NCBI GenBank assembly: GCA_946965045.2
Contig: OX337239.1
Span: 2,418,001 to 2,482,000, forward strand
Origin: Epithemia pelagica
Taxonomy: Eukaryota; Protista; Bacillariophyta
DNA length: 64,000 nt
Direction of reading: 5' to 3'
Shown here: piece after piece, positions 43,058-55,198 of the stretch
How positions within the stretch are numbered: position 1 is the first letter of the stretch
Layout: each line of letters starts with the position of its first letter
Made by a program: the position numbers and the translations under genes
Notes under the pieces: generated by a model
Told to the model about the DNA's origin: nothing
Database searches by the model: none
What the model saw: the letters and a program-made list of their open reading frames with translations, nothing else

Positions 43058-44443
43058 ATGTCGTCGTCGGATCCGGAACCCATCCCCACCAAGGACAAGG
43101 ACCGCACACCGGAGGATGCTGCCATGGCAGCAACACTGGCAAGTCCAGCACTACTGGCACCCACCACGGCCGGTACCGACCCAACCCAACAACAATTGCA
43201 ATTACCACAACAAGAGGGACAAGTTCCCAGTCGTGTCGTGAAACCGGAATCTACACCCAGCATCACCACAACGACGGCAGCAGCCATCACCTCTGCTCCA
43301 ATCGTGGTGAGCCAGACCAATGACAACGACAACGACCATGACAAACCCAAAATGGAACCAACCACCACGACAACAACAATTTCTACGGAATCCTCCCAGT
43401 CGAAACTCGCCAATGCTACTCCGACCAACCCAAACAACAACAACAACCAAACTACTACGAATCACGAGGATGCCATGGTAGATAATGTCGTCTCCACCAC
43501 ACAATCCACGAACCCGAACGAGGACAAGAAGGACGAGGTGATGCAAACCACCCAGGACGACGACGACGACGACGACGACGACAAGGAAGAGGACCACAAG
43601 ACCCACACGGAGAAGGACCCAACATGCACAACCACAACAACCACAACTAGTACGACTACTGCAACAACCTTGGCGAGTCCGGCGTATACACGGTCCAAAC
43701 GGAAACGACTGGAACAAGAGCAGGCCATGGAACCACCGGCCTCCAAACGACGACAAGTCAATACGGGTCCAGAGGATTCCACGACGACAACTCGACGGGT
43801 GGAACCGTCCACCAGCACGGCAACCACCACAGCCACGACAAGGGCAGCCGACGACCATCAGTCACTGCCCAGCAGGGACGCAATGACCAACACCAGCACG
43901 GATCTGCCCCACCACCGTGCGGAGGAATGTACCCAAGAACAGCATTCTGCTCCTCCTCTTTCGGTATCGACACCGGAATTGACCTTGATTACTCAAGCCC
44001 AGGTCGAATTGGCCAATCGTCTCGTCTTTTCGACCCTCGAAAATCCCACGACACAACACTTGCTCCAAGAATTGAATGTCGCGGGCAATTCCGTCTCGGG
44101 ATTGGCCTTGGTCCAAGGTCGTCATGGCTTGAGACGACCGACCGTCTTGGAACGGTGGTCTCCGTACGAAATTGCCGTCTTTCAAGCCGCCTTGGCTCAT
44201 CACGGCAAGCACTTTGAATTGATTCATGACGAATTGCCCAGTAAATCCGTGCCTGAACTGATTGACTTTTATTATGCCTGTTGGAAAACCACCACGCACT
44301 ATCAAGCCTGGAAACAAGCCTACGTGCCACCCCATTTGGATCACGATGACGATGACGACGACGAACACGATGCGAACAACAACAATAACAACAAGGATAA
44401 AAACAAGAAGAAGGAAACAACCAACACGAGAGAAAAGAAATGA
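43058..44443 (+). CDS. SANT/Myb-domain protein (corepressor-type SANT) with a low-complexity N-terminus
   Basis: ERWSPYEIAVFQAAL..HGKHF..I...L.SKSV.ELIDFYY..WK. Likely start MSSSDPEP (the ORF opens at 42866). Confidence 0.85.
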   Translation: MSSSDPEPIPTKDKDRTPEDAAMAATLASPALLAPTTAGTDPTQQQLQLPQQEGQVPSRVVKPESTPSITTTTAAAITSAPIVVSQTNDNDNDHDKPKMEPTTTTTTISTESSQSKLANATPTNPNNNNNQTTTNHEDAMVDNVVSTTQSTNPNEDKKDEVMQTTQDDDDDDDDDKEEDHKTHTEKDPTCTTTTTTTSTTTATTLASPAYTRSKRKRLEQEQAMEPPASKRRQVNTGPEDSTTTTRRVEPSTSTATTTATTRAADDHQSLPSRDAMTNTSTDLPHHRAEECTQEQHSAPPLSVSTPELTLITQAQVELANRLVFSTLENPTTQHLLQELNVAGNSVSGLALVQGRHGLRRPTVLERWSPYEIAVFQAALAHHGKHFELIHDELPSKSVPELIDFYYACWKTTTHYQAWKQAYVPPHLDHDDDDDDEHDANNNNNNKDKNKKKETTNTREKK

Positions 44444-45129
44444 GTCTCGAAACTGGGCCCCGTCATCCTTTTATTCAATTTCAAAAGAATGGCAGGGCGC
44501 TCGGTAACTTGACAGCGTTCTTTACTGGAACCGTCTTTGTTGGTTCGGACGCGGAGAAGAAGGGCCGAAGAGAAGCCTTGTTTGCAATTTTCTTCACAGT
44601 TACTTTCGCGCGAGCTGCTTCTTCGGCTTCCTACTGTGGACGGACTTTTGTTCGGGGGTTAACTATTCGAACGATTCAAACGTTTCAAAAAGATTTGTTT
44701 TGCATGGCCTTACCCCACTCAGTCGAGGCCTACACTTGCCTTGCGAAGTTCAGGTCATGAAAGTTCAACTCTCGACGGCCCAGACGTGGAGAGTCACTGT
44801 TCGTACGACGCTATAGTGGTATGGATCCCGTCTCGGATCTTGTCCGATCCCGTCGTTTGAGCAGTCGGCGAATTCGTTGCAGTCCATGACTTGGTGATTT
44901 TATAACATATACCACCGGCGTCGTGTTTCCCCTAGAGTGATATTAGTTACCCGTCACACAATGTGTTTTGTGTGTCTTGCCCTCATCGCGTGCCTTATTC
45001 AGAGCGACTTGCGCTGAATAAGAGGTTTCTCAACTTTGCACCACAATAAAGCATCAGCGAGAGTACTGTGTTCTGTGTGCAATCTATTGTCTGTACCTTC
45101 AGAAGAATCAAGCCTGTCCTCACAATTCC

Positions 45130-46432
45130 ATGCCCAACTGGCGGAACTTGGGTGTCCATGACTCCATGACCCGAACCACGAACGAGCTGTCTGGTTGGAA
45201 GTGGAGACTGGGAGAGGAGGTATGGGTACGCACCGGTACAAGAGGCAAGGGAGAACGCATTGCTACAATCGTCTCGGTTGCTTTTGTGGACACGGCAGGA
45301 ATTCAACGAGTTCCAGTACAATGGGAAGCCACCATGTTGTTTGAGAACGTGCGTGAGACTTCGATAACGGGCAAACTACTGAGAGTCGGGCAAACACGGT
45401 TGCAGCACAGGCAAGCTCAGCAAAGCGCAGATGTAGAGGAAGGAGAAAATCAGGAACGAGACGAAAGCACTATGCTTTGTGATCAACTCCCGACTGTACA
45501 TTCCAGCAGAGCTTCTCGAGATGAATCAACCACTCAAAGAAACACATTTGTGGACCAACAGGAAACCGAGAAATCGGGCAATCCGGAAGCAGAGACAGAA
45601 CAAGGAGTCAACGCAAATAATCACGCAGCGCAGGTTTTTTGATCCAATTGTTCGAGATGAACACTCCGACAATAGACTAGGCCTGGGAGAGGAGGTATGG
45701 GTACGCACCGGTACATGAGGAAAGGGAGAACGCATTGCTACCGTCGTCTCGGCGGTTTTTGTGGACCCGGTAGGAATTCGACGAGTTCGAGTACAATGGG
45801 AAGCCACCATGTTATTTGAGAACGTGCGTGAGACTTCGATAACGGGCAAACTACTGAGAGTCGGACAAACACGGTTGCAGCACAAGCGAGCTCAGCAAAT
45901 CGCAGATGTAGATGAAGGAGAAAATCAGGAACAAGACGAAAGAACTACTTTTTGTAATCAACTGGCTGCACATTCCATCAGAGTTTTTGGAGATGAATCG
46001 ACCACTCCAAGAAACACATTTGTGGAGCCACAGCAAACCGAGAAATCGGGCAATCCGGAAGCAGAGACAGAGGAAAGAGTCAACACAAATAATCACGCAG
46101 CGCAGCTTTCTGATCCTGTTGTTCGAGATGAACCCTCGGACAATAGACTAGGCCGTCCGATGAAGAAACAAAATTCAGGATTGGCAGAGAAGACAATTCG
46201 TTGGAAGGCACCGTTGTCTCAAGTCAATCAGACGACAACTCAGTCCCATTCTGCCCATACAACAACAGTTCCACCAATGAGAGCGATGCCGGAGAATGAC
46301 CCTAAAGATTCTGGTAGAAACGAGCCAAATGACTTTGGAGTCTTACATGGATCTCCGAATCTCTCGAACACGAACCTCCAAGAGAAACCAAAAACAATTG
46401 TCATTATCGATTTATGTGAAGACGATGAATAA
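45130..46432 (+). pseudogene. Degenerate Tudor-like-domain gene with an internal ~475-bp tandem duplication and a C-terminal SIM-like motif
   Basis: Repeat units at ~45208-45682 and ~45683-46154; a frameshift at ~45640, TGA at 45716; EEVWVRTGT..IATIV..VQWEAT; ends IVIIDLCEDDE. Confidence 0.6.
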
Positions 46433-46524
46433 GACCTTTCAGTCAGAATCACCGACATGTTGCATATTCAGAATTTGAAACTTCATCTCCCACTATCTAT
46501 AGCCACAACACTCGTTTTCCATGT

Positions 46525-48612
46525 TTATGTGCTCGTCCTTTCGCCAAGGTACTGTAGTTGCTTGGCTTGAATATGGTGAATAGGCTTGTACGATTTCTTC
46601 TGTTCCTGTACCGTGTACTCAGCGATGCAGTCCGCGTGCATCAAGGATTCATCCAAATGGGCATTTCTAGGATCCTGTTTCATTGCGTAGAAGTAACAAA
46701 ATGCCCTCATTGGTTGCCCAGTCATTGGCATCGAGTCGACTCGTGCAGTATCGTCATCCTTCAGGGCAACATCAATTTCCTTTCGGATGTAATGATTTTT
46801 GCCAATGTCTTCATAGTCATCAATGTTTTTTACTGTGTCAGATGATATTCTCCACACCTTTCCCCTCACATGTTTGGCTCGTGGGTTGGTCTCATTCAAC
46901 GTATCCAACAGGTAAGGCACCCCACATTGTCCAACCACCAAGGGATGTGGTTGGACCGTTGTGGCGCTTCCCACAGACTGAGAATCTGACAGGTATTTTG
47001 AATGCCAATGACACTGTCGTTTGAGAGTTCCATACACAAATAACAACGCAGTTCTTTCGTCGTTCTTGTCATCGCTCCACATAGAGCGACGAATCCATGG
47101 GGGAAGCCACATGGCGACAAGACTGGGCCATGAAGAAAGAAGGTACCAGAAACGATTCAGCCAAGATTCTTGTTGCCACACTTGTTCGTAGACTTGTTGA
47201 TGGGGAGTGGGGGCATCATGACGCTTTTCAGACCACTGATAATCCCAGTTCATTGCCACCAATTCTCCGATCCCCGCAATTGGTTTTGATCGGAAGCGGA
47301 ATACGGCCGATTTCATAACAATACTCTGAACGTCAGACGAGAATCCTTTCCAGTTGGCGCCAACTGTCTCCATAGTCAGCACTTTCCAAAGAGATGTGTC
47401 GCTCACATCGGATCTCTCTGGCATGATGAGTTCAAAGTCACCCTTCCATGCAAATAAGGATGGACCAGTGCACTTTCTAAAGGGTGATAATTCAATCAGT
47501 TGTGCCGTTCCAAGAGTCATGTTGACACCAAAATCGGCACAGTAACTGCCATCGATAGTTTCAATGAGAGTTCGGACTTGCATCCATTGCTGAAGAACAG
47601 CCTGAATCACAGCGTGTTGGTTGTCAATATCTTGCAAATAGTCATGGCACACGTAGGGGTCGTATTGGCAGATTCCGACAAGGACACCCCTCGGCCCCAC
47701 ATAACATCGAAATTCCGTTGTCAAATCAAAATTCGAGGACCATTTCCTCAATACCACTTGTTCTGGTTCCCCATACTGCAACCAATCCAAGAGGTCGGAG
47801 TAAACCCGTTCCGATGTGAGCAGTAGAGCCATGGCATCGGCTCCGGTTCGTACCCGCAAAAGTTTGGTGGTCCGCAAAATGGCGGCGGCACACAAGTTTC
47901 CCCATTCATTGGCGTCCATGTCCTTTTGTTCCTTCTGCTGCTGCAGCTCCTGCAGTTGCTCTTGATAGGTCTGCCATATCTCGGCTCGTCGTTCCCGATC
48001 CGTTGGTTCTCCATCTTTGGGAGACCGGCCACACAAGCGCAAAAAAGCACCTCCTTCCTCCATCGAGGTAGTATTGGGAGAGGCCAGATGTGGATCGTTT
48101 CGCAACGCATGGTCAATTCTCCGTTCCAAGGCTTGAAGAAGAACAACATGATCCATGGCCAATCCAATCTCGTTTGGCCTAACATTCTTGTTTCTGTTGC
48201 TTGTTTTTCGTTCAACATGGCGACGGGTCGTATTGTAAAAGGCCACAATCGCCTCGGCGTCACGTCGCGTCAAGGGTAAAAAGACGGATGCAAAGGTAAA
48301 ATCCGCCAAGGGTGGATACCACACATCCATTTCAAAGGCCAAGTTTTCGGAACGTAAACGATGTTCGCCACCAAAAAGGGAAGGATCTGGAGCTGGTTGC
48401 GTGGAGGAGGAGGAGGACACATTGGATGTGGCGAGACGACGAATCGACCTGGTCGTACTTGTTGTTGCTGTGCTGGCTAAACTACCTGTAGTAGTACTCG
48501 TTGTCGGAGCATGGGGTGTCGAATGATGTTCCTTGGTCGTCTCTTTCATGGTGACACATACTATGTCTCCAGCGCCCTTTTGCAATCTCGTGGGAGATGA
48601 TGGAGCACTCAC
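46525..48612 (-). CDS. CDC123/R2K-like ATP-grasp domain fused to a gamma-glutamylcyclotransferase (AIG2/GGACT-like) domain
   Basis: FLRLCGRSPKD, LLLTSERVYSDL, VLRKW..TEFRCYV..LVGICQY, LIELSPF; then LFVYGTLKR..H, VRGKVWR, IDDYE. Confidence 0.8.
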   Translation of the reverse strand: MSAPSSPTRLQKGAGDIVCVTMKETTKEHHSTPHAPTTSTTTGSLASTATTSTTRSIRRLATSNVSSSSSTQPAPDPSLFGGEHRLRSENLAFEMDVWYPPLADFTFASVFLPLTRRDAEAIVAFYNTTRRHVERKTSNRNKNVRPNEIGLAMDHVVLLQALERRIDHALRNDPHLASPNTTSMEEGGAFLRLCGRSPKDGEPTDRERRAEIWQTYQEQLQELQQQKEQKDMDANEWGNLCAAAILRTTKLLRVRTGADAMALLLTSERVYSDLLDWLQYGEPEQVVLRKWSSNFDLTTEFRCYVGPRGVLVGICQYDPYVCHDYLQDIDNQHAVIQAVLQQWMQVRTLIETIDGSYCADFGVNMTLGTAQLIELSPFRKCTGPSLFAWKGDFELIMPERSDVSDTSLWKVLTMETVGANWKGFSSDVQSIVMKSAVFRFRSKPIAGIGELVAMNWDYQWSEKRHDAPTPHQQVYEQVWQQESWLNRFWYLLSSWPSLVAMWLPPWIRRSMWSDDKNDERTALLFVYGTLKRQCHWHSKYLSDSQSVGSATTVQPHPLVVGQCGVPYLLDTLNETNPRAKHVRGKVWRISSDTVKNIDDYEDIGKNHYIRKEIDVALKDDDTARVDSMPMTGQPMRAFCYFYAMKQDPRNAHLDESLMHADCIAEYTVQEQKKSYKPIHHIQAKQLQYLGERTST

Positions 48613-49146
48613 GAACCAAAAGATTCGTGGTCACACGACTCAAAAGAAGGGGAAGCAAAACAGAATATTGAATTCAATTCCGCTGTGACGGAACCTGAGA
48701 TGCCTAACATCATTGTTTCTAAGATATGCTTTCCCAGTACAAATACTGTGCCGATGGTCAATCGTTGACCACGTGCCATGGCTCTGTTTGTTGGATAAAC
48801 GACAACATCCGAGATTCGAGCAATGACAATGAATTAATCCCCAAAAATTTAGGATAAATTATTATGGGAATAGATGAATTTTTGTTCCGTTGGAGACCCC
48901 ACCCCGCGTCCATTCATTTTACTCCCATTCGTACCATCATCTCTATCAAAAGATACCCTCAACAGAATTTCGCTTTGTATGTGAATGCGTATATGTGAGA
49001 TTACAGATGGGTAGTTTAAACTTTTCCTTAGTGTGGCCTATACAGTAGGAAAGTCAGTATAATGGGTGCTTCACCCAAAAATCCACAATCCGCACATTGT
49101 CAAACGAGAAACCCTCACCATTCCATTGATGTCCTAATAGTACGCC

Positions 49147-50289
49147 ATGAAGAACAACACAGCCGTACCTTCAAGATCCATTCCATTGGGCGAAAAGGTT
49201 CGTGTGGTTGGCCTGAATCGGTTCATGTACCATCAGGCATGGCTGGTAAAAACGGATCAACCACCTCGGTTCGATGGGTATGGGCTCTTAGTGTGGGTTA
49301 AGTGGGAGTCCACTCGTCAGATAGAAGAGGTCTACACAAAGTATGTTCAGCCGCTTTCGATTGGCGTTGGTCGAAGAGAGAAAGCGTATTTGGGCGGCGA
49401 ACGGCTATGACTATCGCCCCTCCGAACAAGCCGACGACTATGTTGCGGAGAAGAAGAAGGCACCAAAGAAAGCACAACCTCCCAGAAAGCGATGCTTTCA
49501 TAAGAGAGGGAAAATGGTGCTCATCAACGATAGTGGAGAGTACCTCGTTCCCGAAGATTCGTGGCCAACGGATAACAACAGCATGGATGGTGGTGAGAAA
49601 GAAAATGCTGAACGAAGTTGTAGAAAGACTCAAGATCAGGACTATTGCTACGAGTCGGATAAGTCCGAAGACTTGCCAGAGCCAGATCTGAGGGAGGAAG
49701 ATGATCTGTGGAATGACTACGCGGATAAGGACTCGACCAACTCTGTGTTGCTCGAATGAGAAATGCGGGGAACTCCGAGTCGACCCACGGCTGCAAATAT
49801 CATGAGCCGCAGCCTCCGGAAATCCCTCGCATATAGTCACTCCACATTCCCATAGCAATGATTTGGAATCTGGCACCATGGTTGGGAGCATCACCACAAA
49901 TTCACGGGTCTCCAAAAAGAAACGCAAGTGCAGGCTTTTGGTCCCATTCTTTGCGGATCAAAAGAGGGATTCTGCAGGTTTCAAGAAGAACCCACCACCA
50001 GCAGTCCATGAATGTGATGGAGGCTCCGGTCAGGATGCTGAGAATGAAGATTCTCCAGCCAACCAGGAAATGGACTTTGAAGCCATGGGTGCAAAAATTG
50101 CAAGGGCAATGGCCGCTGGTGGTGGTGGAGAATCGCATGCGGCAAAAAGTCAGGATACGGGGACCGTTTTCAATGAAGAAATGGGTGCCAAGTAGGGAAA
50201 TTGGAAGAGCTCTCTTAGAGCTCAAAAAGACCAAGGGTACGCCCAAGAGAGTTGTCTTTATGGATCTTTGTGACAGCGATGATGATTAA
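49147..50289 (+). pseudogene. Degenerate Tudor/SH3-like plus acidic ORF pieces ending in a SIM-like motif
   Basis: GEKVRV..AWLV..VWVKWESTRQIEEV; successive frame changes and stops (49410, 49759, 50195); ends VVFMDLCDSDDD. Confidence 0.45.
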
Positions 50290-50373
50290 AAATACGCCGG
50301 CAGAACAACAACAAGAAGAAAAACTTACATAAGTTGCATGTTATTGAGAGATGACAAGTTATAAGAATAATGT

Positions 50374-53357
50374 TCACAGTTTGTTGGTCTTTGCTTTTGA
50401 TAGTTTTCCAGTGGCGAGGGTGTTTGTCTTGCTGGGTCGATGGACGGAACGCCATGCCTGGAATTCAAGCCCCAACCAACTCAAACTAAGAAAGTGTAGC
50501 GACAACCAACTCAATTTGACCATGGCACCACTATAAGTTTGATTGTCGAGACCGAGAGCTTCAATGACTTGGTCACCATTTTGGACCATGGCCATGGCTC
50601 CCATGCGAGGCAAGTTTTTGAGTTGACGAAACCATCCACCTCGCTTTTGGGTAGGTGAACTGAAAAATTCCATGCCCGGATATTCACCCAAGCACAGTGC
50701 TTCAATGGCATACCGAAAGGGACTCACTGTTTTGAGCAGTCGAACCAATGTTGGGGGTGGGCGATCTGGATCAACGCCGCTTGGGTTGATGATCCCCACC
50801 ACCATGAGAAGTACGACAATTGGAACACTTGCTGAACAAACAAGGAATGAAGCAAAGTCGATGTGTTAAAATTCGTTTGAAATATCATTCTGTCGTCCAC
50901 AGCCATCTATTGCTGCGTACATGTCACGAAACGTACCCGTGGTTGCCAATTCTCCCGACGGTGGTGTCCAGCTGGCAATCATGAAACCCATACAGGCACA
51001 GGACACGGTCAAGAGGGAAAATGTGGCCGTCACACGAGTCCATGAAATGCCCAGACCCGAACACCATTTCAAAGCCGTTGTGAATATCGATGCAAAGAAC
51101 GTGTCCAATGGAAGTTCGGCCAGCACCTTGGCCATTAAGTATTCCTGAATTGATGGCGAGCAAACGAAGAATGAGAGTGTTCGAGAGAGTGTGAGAGACT
51201 GCAAGTGTTCTCTGTTCTTCACAGACCGCAAAGAACAATCAGCGACACCAAGTTTGTAGACCACATTCTATCATAAGGATGGAACATTCAATAATACGTA
51301 CAAGTGCAGAATACTGTCGTCGAGTTTGTTCTCGATGGACAACCGGCTGTCCGAATCGAGTACCAAAACACATTTGTAAAAGGGAAAACAGAACAGAAAA
51401 GAAGAATGAATGGTGTTGTTGTCGTGAGAGCAAGCGCAGAGGATTAATGTGTGAGAACAAGGTTCTAAATCAAAAGACCTTAGGTCGAGCAAACTTTCAA
51501 GCAAACCAGTCTGTCTTGCGTTCAAGGCGGAATATTGAATGTATTACGTACCCGTTCCTTGGCAAAAATAGTCACTGTATTTAAAAACGCGAGAAAGGCC
51601 ATGGTAATGGCTCCAAAGGACAAGAGAGCGACGCGATCGGCAACGGAACTGGCCAGAGGTGGTGCATTTCGTAATATCGACGGAAAAACTTTGGACAACA
51701 ACACGGCATTGCCGAGACTGGCCAAAAATCGAAAGATGTGCAAGGGTCGATTGCGAATGGTTTGACGCCAGGACCGGCGCCACAAGGCGGCCCACCGACG
51801 AAAGCCTTGTGGAATTCGTTGAATGAATTTGGGAAGGAATCGTTTTTGTCCCATGGAACGATCATCCCGCGATATTGGCATGGCTCGTACGACAGTGTCT
51901 TGGTCATGATGCTGTTTTCTCCTTTGCTCTTGTTCCACCCGAACAATGTCAGGATCGCTCCAATGCTTGTTTTGGTAGTCCGCGAAGGATCGTGCCAAAA
52001 AGTCAATGCGTTGTTGGACAATTTGTTGTCGTTCGGACATAGAGGTCCATGACTCATCGTTGACGTGTGTGGATTCCGAGCCGTTGTTGCTACTGTTGTT
52101 GTGCAGAAACGACGACAGGGGAGGAGGACTGTACAAGGAGACCAAGTCGACCAAGAACTCGGCTGGATTGGTCAGGTTGGGACAGGGATAGCCCAAATTG
52201 GCAAAGTAGGGCAAACACTGATCGACCGGTCCACAATAACAAACATGTCCCCCGGGCGCCAAGAGAATAACGTCGTCCATGTACCATTGCCAGACGGATG
52301 ATCGAGGTTGATGCAAGGAAGTCAAGGTGGGGATATGGCGTGCCTTGGTTTGTTGCCGAATCAAGTACAAGACAGTCACAGCCAAGGAGGCATCCAGACC
52401 GCTAGTGGGTTCATCGGCCATCCAATACCACAATTCGGACGAGGCGGAGGATGAGGAATGCGAAAGTAATTCCACTGCTACCGATAAACGACGACGTTCT
52501 CCACCCGACAGCCACCCACCACCACCGCCACCACTGGCACCCAGAGACGCTGTGGTAGTGGCATTGTTAGTAGCATTCAAAGAACTCGTCCAGGGGGAAC
52601 GCCATTTTGCTAATGACCACCATCCCCGAGATTGCGAGTTTCTTCTCTTCTTTGGATTGGTAGCAGTAGTGGTTGTTTGTAGGGTTGGTGCAGCAATCAT
52701 TTGATCGGCAACATTCTGTAATCCCAACGAATCTAAATGTCGTTGTACCAAGGTATGTCGTGCCGTATCATTCCAATGGGGCAACTCCAAAAAGGCGGCC
52801 AAATTCAAGGTTTCTCGTGGCGTCAAGAGGGAGAAAAAGACATCGACTTGGGACAACCACGCCACATGGCGAGGATCTGGTGACGACGAAACGGTGGAGA
52901 AGGAAGAAGAGGCATCTCCTCGAATGGTCCTTTCGTCATCGGTGTAGTAGGTTACTTGTCCATGAACGGTGGTGTGATGTTGATGAGATCGTCCAGCCAA
53001 GGCAGCCAACAAGGTCGATTTCCCACTACCACTAGGTCCTAAAATAGCACACACATGACCATTGGGAATAAATCCTGAACATGAATGAAGCAACGTGGTG
53101 GAGGATTTGCTTGTCGTTGTTGTGGAAGAAGATGCCGATGAACTGGCCGTTGTGACAGACATGTTTTTCCATAAGAGTCCACCAGTTGTTGTCACCAAGG
53201 TGACTGGAGGATCGACTGTAGCTTCGGTCATGATCTCGGCGTCTGCCATAGTCGGGGTTGAAGAGGTACAGTCAATCAAAAGAAGGAAAATGCCAATCAG
53301 CCACACCAGTGTCGTCATGGCCTCTTGATGGGGCGAAAGAACGATACGCGATGCCAT
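50374..53357 (-). CDS. ABCG (White-like) half transporter, about four exons
   Basis: GPSGSGKST, LSGGERRRLSVAVEL, DEPTSGLD, SLHQPRS, FAKER|intron, PVVHREQ, EYLMAKVLAELP, SPFRYAIEAL. Confidence 0.9.
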
Positions 53358-53652
53358 GGTCCGAGAGCTTAAGGACCACTATTCGATTTGTCCTCCCCTT
53401 GCTTGACTGCGTTTGAAGTCGATGACCTGTTTGTTCTATGCTCCAGATTGACAATTCTCTTATTCGACTTCCTTTTCTCCACAACATACGCATCTATGGA
53501 CGAGAGGGAGAGGGTGAGTAACATACGGAATAGAAGTAACATCCTTTTTCTCGGAAGATCTTTCGTGTACCGATCGCTTATAGGTCGCATTAAGTCGGTT
53601 TACTACTTCGTTCGTCGTTGTTATGGAATGACAATGGGCATAGGTGTTGAAT

Positions 53653-55198
53653 CTATGATTGATTCTTGCTAGCGTTTTTCCTCTGCTGCAGGCAAACCTT
53701 TTTGTGAGCTTTCCAGTCCTTCTTTTGACATTCACGGCTGCAGTAATTGACATTCATACATCGACCACACACTTGCATGGGTTTCTGCAAACGCTCTCCC
53801 GTCTTGCGACAAAAGTTGCAAACTCCAGCCACTGACACAACGTCAGAGGGATTGACTGTACCACGGCCGCCACCAAAGGAAGGACGACCAAACAACATGT
53901 CTTGCCACATGGAGGAGTATTCGGGATTGGGCGTGCTTTCTCCCTGCCATGCCAGGGCAAGTTGCTTCCGAGTATCCTTCAAATCAAAGGCACGATGGAT
54001 ACGGAACGTATCTTCCGTCGCATGCGTACGACCTAGAACATGACGCTTCATCCACAATGCTTCGTCAGATTCATTTCCTCGTCGAATCATTTCGTGGGCC
54101 AGGGCAAACGCATGGGGACCTCCGCAATCAAACTCCTCCACACACGAGTCCGTGGATAGATCCAGGTCCAACACAAATGATTCAGGAAGGCCCCCATTCT
54201 CTCCCGTGAGTAATTTCGGACGCAATGAGTCGGCATTTGGCTCGACATATTCCACGACAAGCTCCGTCTTCCAACCCGGTTGTCCCAACACAAACAATGT
54301 CCGGGCTCGTGCAACAGATCAGCCACACACACACTGGAATCGGGGATCGTGGGAACAGTGTCTCCGCTTCGCAGGGTTCCGTGATAGCCATGATTACAAA
54401 TCATAGCCGAAGCTACGTGATTGACACTAGTGGCACCAAACACCACATCCAAGATTGGAATTTTGGGTGGCCCGTGTTTGTAACCACTGGCTGGAACCAA
54501 AAAGCGATATTCATGGTAGCCTCTCGTCCAACCAAAAGCAGAACAAAGGACTCGGTCGTGAAGCGTCGATAAAGGAAGTTTCCCAGGAACTTGGATTCGT
54601 CGAACCGGAGCTGCGCCATTCCGTAGACCCTTGACATGGGCCTTTAATACCACACAAGAAGATGACTGGATGCCCTGGCAATGCTTGGTACTGTTTCTCG
54701 ATTCTTTTGAATCAAGGACATGGCATCTTGAGCTACTTTTGCATCCCATGTCGCTGCATGGGAAAACTTGCTATACAGGCGCTCTTGAAAGAGGCCTTGT
54801 CCAGAATCCGAAATTGAAAAACAACTGAAATAGTTCTGGTCATCCTTGTAGAGATCATGAAAATGATCATCTCGATCATAGAGTGGAGGTGCGTAAATCA
54901 CTTTGCGCGAAAGACGGCCAGGACCTTCGCTTTCGCTCGAGTCGTCGTCAGAAGACTCACCACTGTCTTGCTCCTCATCATTCTCCTCGTCGTCACTACC
55001 AATACCAGAATTCTCCTCTCCATCATACAAGTCTTCTTCATCGCCATTAAACGTGTCGAATTCACAATCAGGGCCCTGGTAAATTCCTTCTCGTTCACAA
55101 AAGGCCTTGTATTCCTTGCAGTGATGGGCATCTAGCTCATATCCGGACTGCGGATAGAACGACGGGCGTCCGTCCCAGTCAGGATTGTCTTCTGGCAT
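53653..55198 (-). pseudogene. pRiA4b-ORF3-like domain plus MYND zinc finger, split over three frames
   Basis: VRRIQVPGKLPLSTLHDRVL..FGWTRGYHEYRF; CNFC..CGRC..YCSRECQKKDWKAHKKVC. Frame changes at ~54660 and ~54290 have no plausible intron. Confidence 0.6.
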
